From positions 1-42,066 of the IMG/VR virus record IMGVR_UViG_2541047679_000006: a stretch of 42,066 bases of DNA. One strand, 5' to 3'. Each line of letters starts with the position of its first letter. Positions within the stretch are counted from its first letter, which is position 1. The position numbers were made by a program, and so were the translations under genes. Source of the DNA: a virus. Lineage: Duplodnaviria; Heunggongvirae; Uroviricota; Caudoviricetes. Shown in pieces: positions 9,357 through 17,693 of the stretch. Below the pieces are notes generated by a model. It searched no databases. It had not been told where the DNA came from and saw only the letters and a program-made list of their open reading frames with translations.

Positions 9357-9378
9357 ATAAAAAACCCACCGAAGTGGG
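9357..9378 (-). terminator. tL1-like intrinsic terminator (CCCACTTCGGTGGG hairpin plus U-run) downstream of N and the 112-aa gene
   Basis: Perfect 5-bp GC stem with TTCG loop, followed on the minus strand by TTTTTTAT. Confidence 0.55.
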
Positions 9379-9717
9379 CTATGACCATTTTTTATTTGGA
9401 TTTCGTTGGTGAGCGTGATTAACAACTCTGTGCATTACATCCTCATATTTTTCATCTTCAATTTTTTCGACATCGCGAGGAAATGGTGTTGCTAATGCTT
9501 TGTCAACTTTGTCCATTGGTTCTTCATTAATCTTATATTCAGGACCGTCATCTATAGCATTAAATCCAGGTGTTACACCGTTTTTTAATGCATATGCTAT
9601 CCTTTTTTCCCATCTCGCTATTCTCCTCCTGTCTCGAGATGTAAGACCTCTATCAGATACTTTTCTGTTTTGTCCTCGGTCAGGATTAACATAAATAGTC
9701 TTTTTCACCATAAGCAT
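9379..9717 (-). CDS. Hypothetical basic protein (112 aa from ATG at 9717) immediately downstream of N
   Basis: Starts 3 nt after the N stop (TGA-GT-ATG) and ends at the tL1-like hairpin; unrecognised. Confidence 0.45.
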   Translation of the reverse strand: MLMVKKTIYVNPDRGQNRKVSDRGLTSRDRRRIARWEKRIAYALKNGVTPGFNAIDDGPEYKINEEPMDKVDKALATPFPRDVEKIEDEKYEDVMHRVVNHAHQRNPNKKWS

Positions 9718-9719
9718 AC

Positions 9720-10025
9720 TCAATAAGCACCGTACGGTAGTTTACTGTACAATTTTATTTTTTGGACTGCATGTATTTTGTTTCCTAACGGGTTTGAATC
9801 TTTGTAATAAATACTTCTATTTTTTCGAACGACTTCTTCTTTCTTCTTGCAGCAAAGGCTTCCGAGTGATGCTGCTTTGTCTGCTCTGACGCAACCAGAG
9901 AGCTTTAGCGCAATTTTTCGCGCCAGTGCTTCATTACTGCGTCGCTCGGCAATAAGTTCTGCTCTGCGAGCTTTGTAGCGGCTTTTTGCCGTACCTTTGG
10001 ATTCTTTCCAGACAATGGTTACCAT
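9720..10025 (-). CDS. N: Antitermination protein N (phage-21-type arginine-rich motif)
   Basis: Translation contains GTAKSRYKARRAELIAERR, which I recognise as the phi21 N boxB-binding ARM peptide; position between pL/nutL and tL1; AGGAGA RBS. Confidence 0.8.
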   Translation of the reverse strand: MVTIVWKESKGTAKSRYKARRAELIAERRSNEALARKIALKLSGCVRADKAASLGSLCCKKKEEVVRKNRSIYYKDSNPLGNKIHAVQKIKLYSKLPYGAY

Positions 10026-10135
10026 GATGGTCTCCTTTCAGTGGCTTTGGCGCATGACGCGTCGAGGTGCTTATCTTCTCGATCGCTGTCTTGCAGCTGC
10101 AATTCGCGCCATCCCCAAAACCACTCAAGTTCTGG

Positions 10136-10177
10136 TCTCAACGGTTAGGTTGAGAGTCCGTCGATGTTAAAGAGCCT
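10136..10177 (-). promoter_or_regulatory. nutL: boxA (GGCTCTTTAACA, 10166-10177) and boxB hairpin (UCUCAAC-CUAACC-GUUGAGA, 10136-10156)
   Basis: boxA matches the CGCTCTTTAACA consensus at 11/12; boxB is a 7-bp stem with a 6-nt loop read on the minus strand; correctly placed between pL and N. Confidence 0.6.
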
Positions 10178-10222
10178 GCCAATCTGTTCCGTTTGGCTTC
10201 CAGCGTCCTGCTGATGGCTTAA

Positions 10223-10250
10223 ATTTAAGACTTCTTAATTTATTGGTCAA
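10223..10250 (-). promoter_or_regulatory. Candidate pL promoter (-35 TTGACC, -10 TTAAAT) with operator palindrome TTAAGA-N2-TCTTAA (10225-10238)
   Basis: Sigma-70-like hexamers on the minus strand with ~16-bp spacing; the operator half-site is the same as in the oR region. Confidence 0.4.
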
Positions 10251-10315
10251 GTGCATTTTTGAAGAAAACTTAATTTTATGGGCGTGAATTTAGTTTGTCT
10301 TTGATTTTTAACGGG

Positions 10316-10339
10316 AAATAAAAAAGGGGCGAAAGCCCC
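10316..10339 (-). terminator. Intrinsic terminator at the end of cI (GGGGC-GAAA-GCCCC hairpin plus U-run on the minus strand)
   Basis: Perfect 5-bp GC stem abutting the cI stop codon, followed on the minus strand by TTTTTTATTT. Confidence 0.55.
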
Positions 10340-10990
10340 TTAAGGAAGGTTTGCTAGCTTGGCATCAACGACAACGCCAATGATTTTACAGTTCCCATTG
10401 ATTTCAATCATTGGGTATTGTGGATTGAGTGGTTTCAGGAATTTTCTACCGGCATCAATAACTAACTTTTTGAATGTCGCCTCGTTTTCTCCTTCAAGTT
10501 TGGCGACTACCAGCTTTCCATTACGTGGTTCGACTTCTGGGTCGACGAGAATAATCATCCCCTCAGGAATACTCAGTCCTGCCGGGGCAGTCATTGAATC
10601 GCCTTTAACGTCGAGCCAAAAAGAGTCTTCAGAACAATCTACCGTTGTGTCGTACCAGTTATCTATTGCACGCCTATGATATGGCTCTACAGCTTCCATC
10701 CAACATCCTGCGCTTACCCAACTAATTAGAGGATACGAACCTCTTGGATCATGCCTGCTGTGATAGGCAATGTTTGAAAGACTATCCTCTCCTTTCAACA
10801 GGTAATCAGGGGAGCACTGCAAAGCCTTGGCTAAGGCCAATAGGTTTTCACCATTGGGCTCAGTTTCAGATCGCTCCCATTGGGAAATAGCAACATTAGA
10901 CACGCCAACCATCTTGCCAAGGGCAGCCTGCCTAATCTTGAGTTCTTTTCTGCGAGCGCGAATACGCTCACCCATCAGTTGTGTATTCAT
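10340..10990 (-). CDS. cI: CI-type prophage repressor (N-terminal HTH, C-terminal LexA/S24-like autopeptidase)
   Basis: 216-aa translation with HTH (…QAALGKMVGVSNVAISQWERSE…), an Ala-Gly site (SAG) and GDSM…KK Ser/Lys dyad motifs; divergent from cro across operator palindromes. Confidence 0.85.
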   Translation of the reverse strand: MNTQLMGERIRARRKELKIRQAALGKMVGVSNVAISQWERSETEPNGENLLALAKALQCSPDYLLKGEDSLSNIAYHSRHDPRGSYPLISWVSAGCWMEAVEPYHRRAIDNWYDTTVDCSEDSFWLDVKGDSMTAPAGLSIPEGMIILVDPEVEPRNGKLVVAKLEGENEATFKKLVIDAGRKFLKPLNPQYPMIEINGNCKIIGVVVDAKLANLP

Positions 10991-10992
10991 AG

Positions 10993-11055
10993 TTAAGACA
11001 TCTTAAATAAACTTGACTTAAGATTCCTTTGGTGGATAATTTAAGTGTTCTTTAA
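10993..11055 (+). promoter_or_regulatory. oR/pR region: operator palindrome TTAAGACATCTTAA (10993-11006), pR -35 TTGACT (11013-11018) and -10 GATAAT (11035-11040), second operator-like repeat 11041-11055
   Basis: Palindrome and hexamers read directly; 16-bp spacer; located between divergent cI and cro. Confidence 0.55.
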
Positions 11056-11070
11056 TTTCGGAGCAAGTCT

Positions 11071-11256
11071 ATGTACAAAAAAGATGTTATTGACCACTTC
11101 GGAACCCAGCGTGCTGTTGCTAAAGCACTAGGCATTAGCGATGCAGCAGTCTCTCAGTGGAAAGAAGTTATCCCAGAGAAAGACGCCTATCGATTGGAAA
11201 TCGTTACAGCTGGCGCCCTGAAGTATCAAGAAAGTGCTTACCGCCAAGCGGCATAA
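11071..11256 (+). CDS. cro: Cro-like repressor (61 aa, HTH)
   Basis: Small HTH protein (…GTQRAVAKALGISDAAVSQW…) first in the pR operon, divergent from cI. Confidence 0.7.
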   Translation: MYKKDVIDHFGTQRAVAKALGISDAAVSQWKEVIPEKDAYRLEIVTAGALKYQESAYRQAA

Positions 11257-11262
11257 GCAAAT

Positions 11263-11303
11263 TGCTCTTTAACAGTTCTGGCCTTTCACCTCTAACCGGG
11301 TGA
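11263..11303 (+). promoter_or_regulatory. nutR: boxA (TGCTCTTTAACA, 11263-11274) and boxB hairpin (UCACCU-CUAACC-GGGUGA, 11286-11303)
   Basis: boxA matches consensus at 11/12; boxB loop CUAACC is identical to the nutL boxB loop. Confidence 0.6.
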
Positions 11304-11371
11304 GCAAACATCAGCGGCAAATCCATTGGGTGTGCCGCTATAACTCAATATCAATATAGGAAAATTAACAA

Positions 11372-11668
11372 ATGGCACAAGCAAGCTACAGCAAGCCAAC
11401 ACAGCGAGAAATTGATCGCGCTGAAACTGATTTACTCATCAACCTGTCAACGCTTACCCAGCGCGGTCTGGCAAAGATGATTGGCTGTCATGAATCGAAG
11501 ATAAGCAGAACGGACTGGAGATTTATTGCTTCGGTCTTGTGTGCTTTCGGAATGGCATCAGACATCAGTCCGATTAGCAGGGCTTTTAAGTATGCGCTTG
11601 ATGAAATCACAAAGAAAAAATCCCCGGCCGCCACCGAGGATTTTAAGCAAATTGATATGCAATTCTGA
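11372..11668 (+). CDS. cII: CII-like transcriptional activator
   Basis: 98-aa translation; C-terminus …KKKSPAATEDFKQIDMQF parallels lambda CII …KKRPAATERSEQIQMEF; position after cro and nutR. Confidence 0.75.
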   Translation: MAQASYSKPTQREIDRAETDLLINLSTLTQRGLAKMIGCHESKISRTDWRFIASVLCAFGMASDISPISRAFKYALDEITKKKSPAATEDFKQIDMQF

Positions 11669-11700
11669 GGGAATTACTGGATCAATCCACAGGAGTAATT

Positions 11701-11862
11701 ATGACAAAACGTCGTAAGAAATACCAGGAAAAAGAAGAGATTCGACACCCTGATTCACCTGAGGGATTAGTGGTAGCCGCAGCAAATAACAGGGCGTTCG
11801 CAGAGCGCCTTGTTGGTGTTTACAGACTAGCCAAAGCAGGAGTGAAACATGGGCGTCGTTAA
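11701..11862 (+). CDS. Hypothetical small basic protein (53 aa) between cII and O
   Basis: ATG at 11701 with AGGAGT RBS; overlaps the O start; below the track cut-off; uncertain. Confidence 0.3.
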   Translation: MTKRRKKYQEKEEIRHPDSPEGLVVAAANNRAFAERLVGVYRLAKAGVKHGRR

Positions 11863-12679
11863 GTTAGCTGATTACAGGCCTCAACTGGAGGTCGTGGAGC
11901 ATCGCGTGGCAGAACTCGAAGATGGCTACACTCGGACTGCAAACACACTGTTAGAAGCCGCCATGCTTTCTGGACTTACTCTACATCAGTTACTGATTGT
12001 TATGGCTGTGTGGCGCAAGACATACGGTTACAACAAAAAAATAGATTGGATCGGAAACGAACAGTTCGCTGAACTCACTGGCATGGCACCAACCAAATGT
12101 TCTACCGCCAAAAACGAGCTTATCAGAATGGGAGTTCTCATTCAGGTGGGGCGTCAAGTTGGTATGAATACAAACATTTCAGAGTGGAAAACGAAAGTTA
12201 ACGGATTTGGTAAAACATTTACCAAATCGGTAAAACAAACCTTCACTAAATCGGTAAAAAGCAATTTACCGAATCAGTCAAACACAAAAGACAATATACA
12301 AAAGACAATAAATACAAATACCCCCTTACCCCCTAACGGGGGCGGCGATGGGCAGGTTAAACCTGAACGTCGCAAGGCAGAACGAATCGACTACGAATCC
12401 TTCCTGAACGCCTACAACGCCGAAGTCGGTGACAGACTGCCACACGCTGTTGCGGTCAACGAGAAACGCAAACGCCGCCTGAAGAAAATCATCCCGCAAC
12501 TGAAAACGCCAAATGTGGACGGTTTCAGAGCGTATGTCAGGGCGTTTGTGCATCAGGCCAAACCGTTTTACTTCGGAGACAACGACACGGGCTGGACGGC
12601 TGATTTTGATTACCTGCTGAGAGAAGACTCGTTAACGGGAGTTCGGGAAGGGAAGTTTGCAGACAGGGGGATTGCATGA
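11849..12679 (+). CDS. O: Replication initiator O-like protein (contains the origin iterons)
   Basis: N-terminus …[17 protein letters not shown]…KTYGYNK… parallels lambda O; internal repeated peptide ([18 protein letters not shown]) encoded by the iterons. Confidence 0.8.
   Translation: MGVVKLADYRPQLEVVEHRVAELEDGYTRTANTLLEAAMLSGLTLHQLLIVMAVWRKTYGYNKKIDWIGNEQFAELTGMAPTKCSTAKNELIRMGVLIQVGRQVGMNTNISEWKTKVNGFGKTFTKSVKQTFTKSVKSNLPNQSNTKDNIQKTINTNTPLPPNGGGDGQVKPERRKAERIDYESFLNAYNAEVGDRLPHAVAVNEKRKRRLKKIIPQLKTPNVDGFRAYVRAFVHQAKPFYFGDNDTGWTADFDYLLREDSLTGVREGKFADRGIA
12200..12325 (+). repeat. Putative replication origin inside O: palindromic iterons (…TTTACCAAATCGGTAAAA…, repeated) followed by an AT-rich tract
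   Basis: Repeated/inverted GGTAAA-containing units at ~12203-12277, then an A-rich stretch; analogous to ori-lambda architecture. Confidence 0.5.
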
Positions 12680-14052
12680 GACAGGATATCGAAGCGAGCG
12701 TTATCGGTGGCCTGCTGATTGGTGGATTAACTCCAACCGCCAGCGACGTTCTGGCAACGCTGGAACCTGAAGCGTTTTCAATTCCGCTCTACCGGAAAGC
12801 CTTCGAGGTTATCCGCAAGCAGGCGCGAAACAGAAACCTAATCGACGCGCTGATGGTTGCCGAGGCGTGTGGAGAGGAGCATTTCACGTCAATCCTGATG
12901 ACCAGCAAAAACTGCCCGAGTGCCGCAAACCTGAAGGGATATGCCGGAATGGTCGCGGATAACTATCACCGCCGTCTGGTGCTGGAAATCATGGATGAAA
13001 TGCGTGAACCAATTCAGAGCGGAACCATCGACGCATCGAGTCAGGCGATGGATGAACTTGTAAAGCGTCTTTCAGCCATCAGAAAGCCCCGTGACGAGGT
13101 CAAACCTGTACGGTTAGGGGAAATCATCACCGACTACACTGACACGCTTGACAGGCGTCTGAGGAACGGAGAAGAGTCCGATACCCTGAAGACCGGAATC
13201 GAAGAACTTGATGCCATCACCGGAGGGATGAACGCGGAAGACCTGGTGATAATCGCCGCTCGTCCTGGTATGGGTAAAACCGAGCTGGCGCTGAAGATTG
13301 CCGAAGGCGTGGCAAGTCGTGTTATTCCTGGTTCTGACGTCCGGCGCGGAGTATTGATTTTCTCGATGGAAATGAGCGCATTGCAGATTGCAGAGCGGAG
13401 CATTGCCAACGCCGGGAGGATGTCGGTTAGCGTGCTGCGAAATCCTGCATCGATGGATGACGAAGGCTGGGCGCGTGTTGCTAACGGCATGAGTCAGCTT
13501 GCAGATTTGGATGTATGGGTAGTCGATGCCTCGCGGTTATCGGTCGAAGAAATACGCTCAATCGCAGAACGGCACAAACAGGAAAATCCAAACCTGTCAC
13601 TCATCATGGCGGATTATCTTGGCCTGATTGAGAAGCCGAAAGCAGACCGCAACGACCTCGCAATTGCTCACATCTCCGGAAGTCTAAAAGCGATGGCGAA
13701 AGACCTGAAAACGCCTGTTATCTCCCTGAGTCAGCTTTCGCGCGATGTTGAGAAGCGACCAAACAAACGCCCGACAAACGCAGATTTGCGTGATTCAGGA
13801 AGCATTGAACAGGACGCAGACTCAATCATCATGCTCTATCGGGAAGCGGTATATGACGAGAACAGTAGCGCCGCGCCATTTGCTGAAATCATCGTGACGA
13901 AAAACCGTTTTGGCTCACTTGGTACGGTTTACCAGCGGTTCTGTAACGGACACTTTGTTGCATGTGACCAGGATGAAGCCAGACAGATTTGCACAGCATC
14001 AAATGCGCCTGCTGCGCGTGGCAGACGATATGCACAAGGGGCTGACGTATGA
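12676..14052 (+). CDS. DnaB-family replicative DNA helicase (P22 gp12-like)
   Basis: 458-aa translation with Walker A (ARPGMGKT) and DnaB C-terminal domain motifs; ATGA overlap with O. Confidence 0.85.
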   Translation: MRQDIEASVIGGLLIGGLTPTASDVLATLEPEAFSIPLYRKAFEVIRKQARNRNLIDALMVAEACGEEHFTSILMTSKNCPSAANLKGYAGMVADNYHRRLVLEIMDEMREPIQSGTIDASSQAMDELVKRLSAIRKPRDEVKPVRLGEIITDYTDTLDRRLRNGEESDTLKTGIEELDAITGGMNAEDLVIIAARPGMGKTELALKIAEGVASRVIPGSDVRRGVLIFSMEMSALQIAERSIANAGRMSVSVLRNPASMDDEGWARVANGMSQLADLDVWVVDASRLSVEEIRSIAERHKQENPNLSLIMADYLGLIEKPKADRNDLAIAHISGSLKAMAKDLKTPVISLSQLSRDVEKRPNKRPTNADLRDSGSIEQDADSIIMLYREAVYDENSSAAPFAEIIVTKNRFGSLGTVYQRFCNGHFVACDQDEARQICTASNAPAARGRRYAQGADV

Positions 14053-14141
14053 CCATCTACATCACTGAGCTAATAACAGGCCTGCTGGTAATCGCAGGCC
14101 TTTTAATATGGGGGAGAGTAATTGGAGGATTTAAGAAATGA
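14049..14141 (+). CDS. Possible 30-aa hydrophobic micro-protein, translationally coupled on both sides
   Basis: ATG overlaps the helicase stop (ATGA) and its stop overlaps the next ATG; sequence [30 protein letters not shown] is a single predicted transmembrane segment; speculative. Confidence 0.25.
   Translation: MTIYITELITGLLVIAGLLIWGRVIGGFKK
14078..14107 (+). terminator. tR2-like intrinsic terminator after the replication genes (AGGCCTGC-N8-GCAGGCCT plus T-run)
   Basis: Perfect 8-bp inverted repeat followed by TTTTAAT. Confidence 0.5.
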
Positions 14142-14353
14142 GTACGATAGCTGAGCTTGTCAGGGCTAATTTTCGTGAAGAGTTGGTGCGTTGGTATCGG
14201 TATCGTTCATCGTCAAGTTTGCCGCTTGATGAGTTGTATGAGCATTCACCTGCCGCACGACGCTATCCGCGTGACCGTGTTCTTCGACGGTTGTTCAAAC
14301 TCAACAATGAGTTTCAGCGCAACAGAATAATCCGGAGTCTGGATTTAAAGTGA
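14138..14353 (+). CDS. Hypothetical Arg-rich protein (71 aa)
   Basis: ATG with GGAGGA RBS; unrecognised. Confidence 0.45.
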   Translation: MSTIAELVRANFREELVRWYRYRSSSSLPLDELYEHSPAARRYPRDRVLRRLFKLNNEFQRNRIIRSLDLK

Positions 14354-14357
14354 AGGA

Positions 14358-14549
14358 GTGAGCATGAGTCGACGAAGTAGCTTTTTGGGGTTTGTAATAT
14401 TCCTGTTCTGCACTGGTTACATCGTAATCTGGTCAATTTCGAACATTGACCGTGGCGGGGAATATCTCATTGTAATGTTCTTTCCTTTGTTTCTTGGGTG
14501 GTACGCCGCAAGGTTGCTGGAAGAATGGGGTTACAGGCATAAAAAATAA
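14358..14549 (+). CDS. Hypothetical small membrane protein (63 aa, two predicted TM segments)
   Basis: AAGGAGTG RBS; hydrophobic stretches. Confidence 0.45.
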   Translation: MSMSRRSSFLGFVIFLFCTGYIVIWSISNIDRGGEYLIVMFFPLFLGWYAARLLEEWGYRHKK

Positions 14550-14608
14550 AGGAGTGTTCAGTGACGCAAACCATTTTTTATTGGATTAAGAGCGAGTGGT
14601 AAGTACCG

Positions 14609-14791
14609 ATGGTAAATGCATTTATTTGTAGTTTATTTCTTGTCGCGATTTTTCATGGATTCCTTTTGATGATGAGTTTTGTTCTCTGGAATAATGGATA
14701 TCGCATATTGGGAGTAGGTTTTGTTTTACGGTTTTCAGTTCTCTGCGCGTTGCTACCGATAATTATGGCGACTATCAAATATTATTGGTAA
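14609..14791 (+). CDS. Hypothetical small membrane protein (60 aa, two predicted TM segments)
   Basis: Hydrophobic ORF with a weak RBS. Confidence 0.35.
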   Translation: MVNAFICSLFLVAIFHGFLLMMSFVLWNNGYRILGVGFVLRFSVLCALLPIIMATIKYYW

Positions 14792-14806
14792 CCCAAAAAA
14801 TCATCG

Positions 14807-15175
14807 ATGGAGAGTGATATGGACGAATCAAGAAAGCAGTTTGAGGAATACGTTGCCAAAAAATTGAGATTACCATTCGAGATGATAACCGAGGCAAGAA
14901 ATGGTGATAGGTACTTCGCATTTTCAAGCATGGATATTCGTCACTCCTTAAATGAGTGGTGGACTTTATGGCAGGCATCGCGAGCAGCTATTGAACTGGA
15001 TATCGACTGGCCAGAATCGAATGACGACTTTTGGAAAGATGGTGAAGAAGGTGCTTATGCGATGGGTTATGAGGATGGGCGTGACAAAACGGTAATTGCA
15101 GTAATGAAAGCTATCAGAGCCGCTGGAATTAAAGAGAAGAATTTCGATGAAGCAAACAATCTTCCTCCGAAGTAA
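14807..15175 (+). CDS. Hypothetical acidic nin-region protein (more likely starting at the ATG at 14819)
   Basis: ORF with GGAGAG RBS ahead of the second ATG. Confidence 0.45.
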   Translation: MESDMDESRKQFEEYVAKKLRLPFEMITEARNGDRYFAFSSMDIRHSLNEWWTLWQASRAAIELDIDWPESNDDFWKDGEEGAYAMGYEDGRDKTVIAVMKAIRAAGIKEKNFDEANNLPPK

Positions 15176-15557
15176 GCAACAACAGCAAGCCGCAATCAAC
15201 GCCATCCTCGCAACACCACTCGATAAAGACAAGCCAGTTACCATCCGCATTACTGACTACAAGCGCAACCTTGACCAGAACGCAAAATTTCACGCGATGC
15301 TGGCGGATATCGCACGTCAGGTTCAATGGTGCGGAAAATGGTTAAAACCGGAACAATGGAAGGTTTTGTTGATCAGCGGTCATGCAGTGGCAACAAAACA
15401 GGAAGCTGATGTTTTGCCCGGGCTTGAAGGCGAATACGTCAACATTCGCGAAAGTAGCGCGCAGATGAGTGTGAAGCGTATGGCAAGTCTGATTGAGTAC
15501 ACGACAGCATGGGCTATTGGTCAGGGTGTCAGATTTACCGACAGGAGGTACGAATGA
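15147..15557 (+). CDS. ninB: NinB-like recombination protein
   Basis: 136-aa translation (…[26 protein letters not shown]…) parallels lambda NinB (…SLDQNRKLWACLGDVSRQVEWHGRWL…). Confidence 0.75.
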   Translation: MKQTIFLRSKQQQQAAINAILATPLDKDKPVTIRITDYKRNLDQNAKFHAMLADIARQVQWCGKWLKPEQWKVLLISGHAVATKQEADVLPGLEGEYVNIRESSAQMSVKRMASLIEYTTAWAIGQGVRFTDRRYE

Positions 15558-15730
15558 GACGACAGCGACGAAGTATCACCGACATCATCTGCGAAAACTG
15601 CAAATACCTTCCAACGAAACGCACCAGAAATAAACGCAAGCCAATCCCGAAAGAATCTGACGTAAAAACCTTCAACTACACGGCTCACCTGTGGGATATC
15701 CGGTGGCTAAGACATCGTGCGAGGAAATGA
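15554..15730 (+). CDS. ninE: NinE-like protein
   Basis: 58-aa translation [58 protein letters not shown] closely matches my recollection of lambda NinE; AGGAGG RBS; ATGA overlap with ninB. Confidence 0.7.
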   Translation: MRRQRRSITDIICENCKYLPTKRTRNKRKPIPKESDVKTFNYTAHLWDIRWLRHRARK

Positions 15731-15732
15731 CG

Positions 15733-16677
15733 ATGACTGCGTATTACAACGAAATAGATCCGTATGCAGCGCAATGGCTGCGTAACTTAATTGACGCTGG
15801 AGAAATTGCCCCCGGTTATGTAGATGAAAGGAGTATTGAAGATGTCACACCAGGTGATTTGCGAGGATTTACCCAGCCCCACTTTTTTGCAGGAATCGGA
15901 GTTTGGAGCTATGCACTTAGAAAAGCAGGATGGCCAGACAACAAGAGTATCTGGACAGGAAGTTGCCCATGCCAACCTTTCAGCTCGGCAGGCAAAGGAA
16001 AAGGGGTTGATGACGAGCGGCACTTATGGCCGGCATTCTTCTGGCTTATTGAAAAATGCAATCCTGGCATCGTTATTGGCGAACAGGTTGCAAGCGCAGA
16101 CGGCCTCGCTTGGCTCGACCTTGTACAAACTGACTTGGAAGGTGCGAACTACACCTCTGCAGGTACCGATATTTGCGCTGCGGGCTTCGGTTCTCCGCAC
16201 ATCAGGCAGCGATTGTATTGGGTGGCCTACTCCAACGACAAATATCAACTTTCAGCCAGAAACGCGCAGGGGAATTCAGAACCTATCTGGATGCGTGAGA
16301 CTAGCGGGATGGCAAACTCCTTTAGCGAACGATGCAACAGGTTCAACGCATTGCTACAGCGGAAAAGACAAGAGCGGAACCCCAAGAATCTGCTTGAAAC
16401 TTCCAGGGACGGTGAAGCCATGTACTCATTACCGGTTAACGGCTTCTGGAGAGATGCAGACTGGCTTTACTGTAGAGATGAAAAATATCGTCCAGTTAGA
16501 CCCGGCTCATTCCCGATGGTTAATGGCATTGCCAAAAGCTTGGGACGAGGCAAGTCCACACTGGGAGGAATGGCAAAGCGCAATCAAGATCAGCGAATTA
16601 TTGGATATGGAAACGCAATCAATGCAGAAGTAGCAACGGCATTCGTGAAAGTTTGTATGGAGGTTGTTAATGCTTAG
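15733..16677 (+). CDS. DNA (cytosine-5)-methyltransferase, orphan (no adjacent restriction endonuclease)
   Basis: Translation contains the C5-MTase catalytic PCQ motif (GSCPCQPFSSAGKGKG) and an ENV-like region; RBS GAGGAA positions the ATG at 15733. Confidence 0.8.
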   Translation: MTAYYNEIDPYAAQWLRNLIDAGEIAPGYVDERSIEDVTPGDLRGFTQPHFFAGIGVWSYALRKAGWPDNKSIWTGSCPCQPFSSAGKGKGVDDERHLWPAFFWLIEKCNPGIVIGEQVASADGLAWLDLVQTDLEGANYTSAGTDICAAGFGSPHIRQRLYWVAYSNDKYQLSARNAQGNSEPIWMRETSGMANSFSERCNRFNALLQRKRQERNPKNLLETSRDGEAMYSLPVNGFWRDADWLYCRDEKYRPVRPGSFPMVNGIAKSLGRGKSTLGGMAKRNQDQRIIGYGNAINAEVATAFVKVCMEVVNA

Positions 16678-16846
16678 CCTATCCCAATCCCTTCAATACC
16701 AGAAAGAAAGCGTCGAGCGAGCTTTAACGTGCGCTAACTGCGGTCAGAAACTGCATGTGCTGGAAGTTCACGTGTGTGAGCACTGCTGCGCAGAACTGAT
16801 GAGCGATCCGAATAGCTCAATGTACGAGGAAGAAGACGATGAGTGA
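16670..16846 (+). CDS. ninF: NinF-like zinc-ribbon protein
   Basis: 58-aa translation MLSLSQSLQYQKESVERALTCANCGQKLHVLEVHVCEHCCAELMSDPNSSMYEEEDDE matches my recollection of lambda NinF; GGAGG RBS before the ATG at 16670. Confidence 0.7.
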   Translation: MLSLSQSLQYQKESVERALTCANCGQKLHVLEVHVCEHCCAELMSDPNSSMYEEEDDE

Positions 16847-17051
16847 TTACCTGAAATGGTATCTCTGCCACCGCTGGTTAATTAAGTTTGCTGTAAAAGA
16901 CTGGATGACAGCGGATGCCAACAAGCTTAAGCAAAGAAAGGACTATTACTACGCCAGAATGAAGGAAAACTACTGCTCAATTCGCACTCGCATATTTATT
17001 AAAAAAGACCTTCAGTCAATTCTTCAATTGCGAGGGAAGGTAAATGGCTAA
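16839..17051 (+). CDS. Hypothetical nin-region protein (70 aa)
   Basis: ATG with GAGGA RBS; overlaps the ninF stop; unrecognised. Confidence 0.4.
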   Translation: MSDYLKWYLCHRWLIKFAVKDWMTADANKLKQRKDYYYARMKENYCSIRTRIFIKKDLQSILQLRGKVNG

Positions 17052-17334
17052 CCTACGCAAAGAAGCGCGCGGCAGAGAATGCCAGGTACGTATTTACGGC
17101 GTATGCAATGGTAATCCTGAAACTACAGTTCTGGCACATTACCGGATGGCTGGAATTTGCGGAACGGGAATGAAGCCTGACGACCTGATCGGCGCATGGG
17201 CTTGTAGCGCGTGTCACGATGAAATCGACCGACGCACCCATAATCTCGACAACAAAGACGCCAGACTTTACCACCTCGAAGGCGTGATCAGGACGCAGGC
17301 GATACTGCTGAAGGAGGGAAAGATTAAGCCATGA
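17044..17334 (+). CDS. DUF1364-like Cys/His-rich nin-region protein (YbcO-like)
   Basis: 96-aa translation with multiple Cys/His; recalled as similar to DLP12 YbcO, which lies next to rusA. Confidence 0.55.
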   Translation: MANLRKEARGRECQVRIYGVCNGNPETTVLAHYRMAGICGTGMKPDDLIGAWACSACHDEIDRRTHNLDNKDARLYHLEGVIRTQAILLKEGKIKP

Positions 17335-17693
17335 ACGAATATCAGTTTGTGCTTCCATACCCGCCGTCGGTGAATACCTACTGGCGAAGACGAGGAAGCC
17401 AATACTACATCAGCGATAAAGGCCAGAAATACCGAAAAGACGTTCAGCAAATCATCCGCCAACTTAAGTTAGACATTTTCACCAAATCACGACTCCGCAT
17501 CAAAGTAATCGCAGACGTTCCAGACTCCCGCCGCCGCGACCTCGATAACATCCTGAAAGGTTTACTCGACTCCCTTATCCACGCCGGATTTGCGGAAGAC
17601 GACGAGCAATTCGATGACATTCGCGTAATTCGTGGTGTGAAAGTACCAGGCGGACGGCTTGGAATAAAAATCACCGAACTGGAGAACGTATGA
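17331..17693 (+). CDS. rusA: RusA Holliday-junction resolvase
   Basis: 120-aa translation (…LPYPPSVNTYWRR…PDSRRRDLDNILKGLLDSL…GGRLGIKITELE…) parallels E. coli RusA including the DxD active-site region. Confidence 0.85.
   Translation: MNEYQFVLPYPPSVNTYWRRRGSQYYISDKGQKYRKDVQQIIRQLKLDIFTKSRLRIKVIADVPDSRRRDLDNILKGLLDSLIHAGFAEDDEQFDDIRVIRGVKVPGGRLGIKITELENV

Noticed and set aside
11304-11371. Hairpin AGCGGCA-N13-TGCCGCT after nutR as an intrinsic tR1
   Set aside because: No U-run follows; lambda tR1 is Rho-dependent, so an intrinsic terminator call is unsupported.
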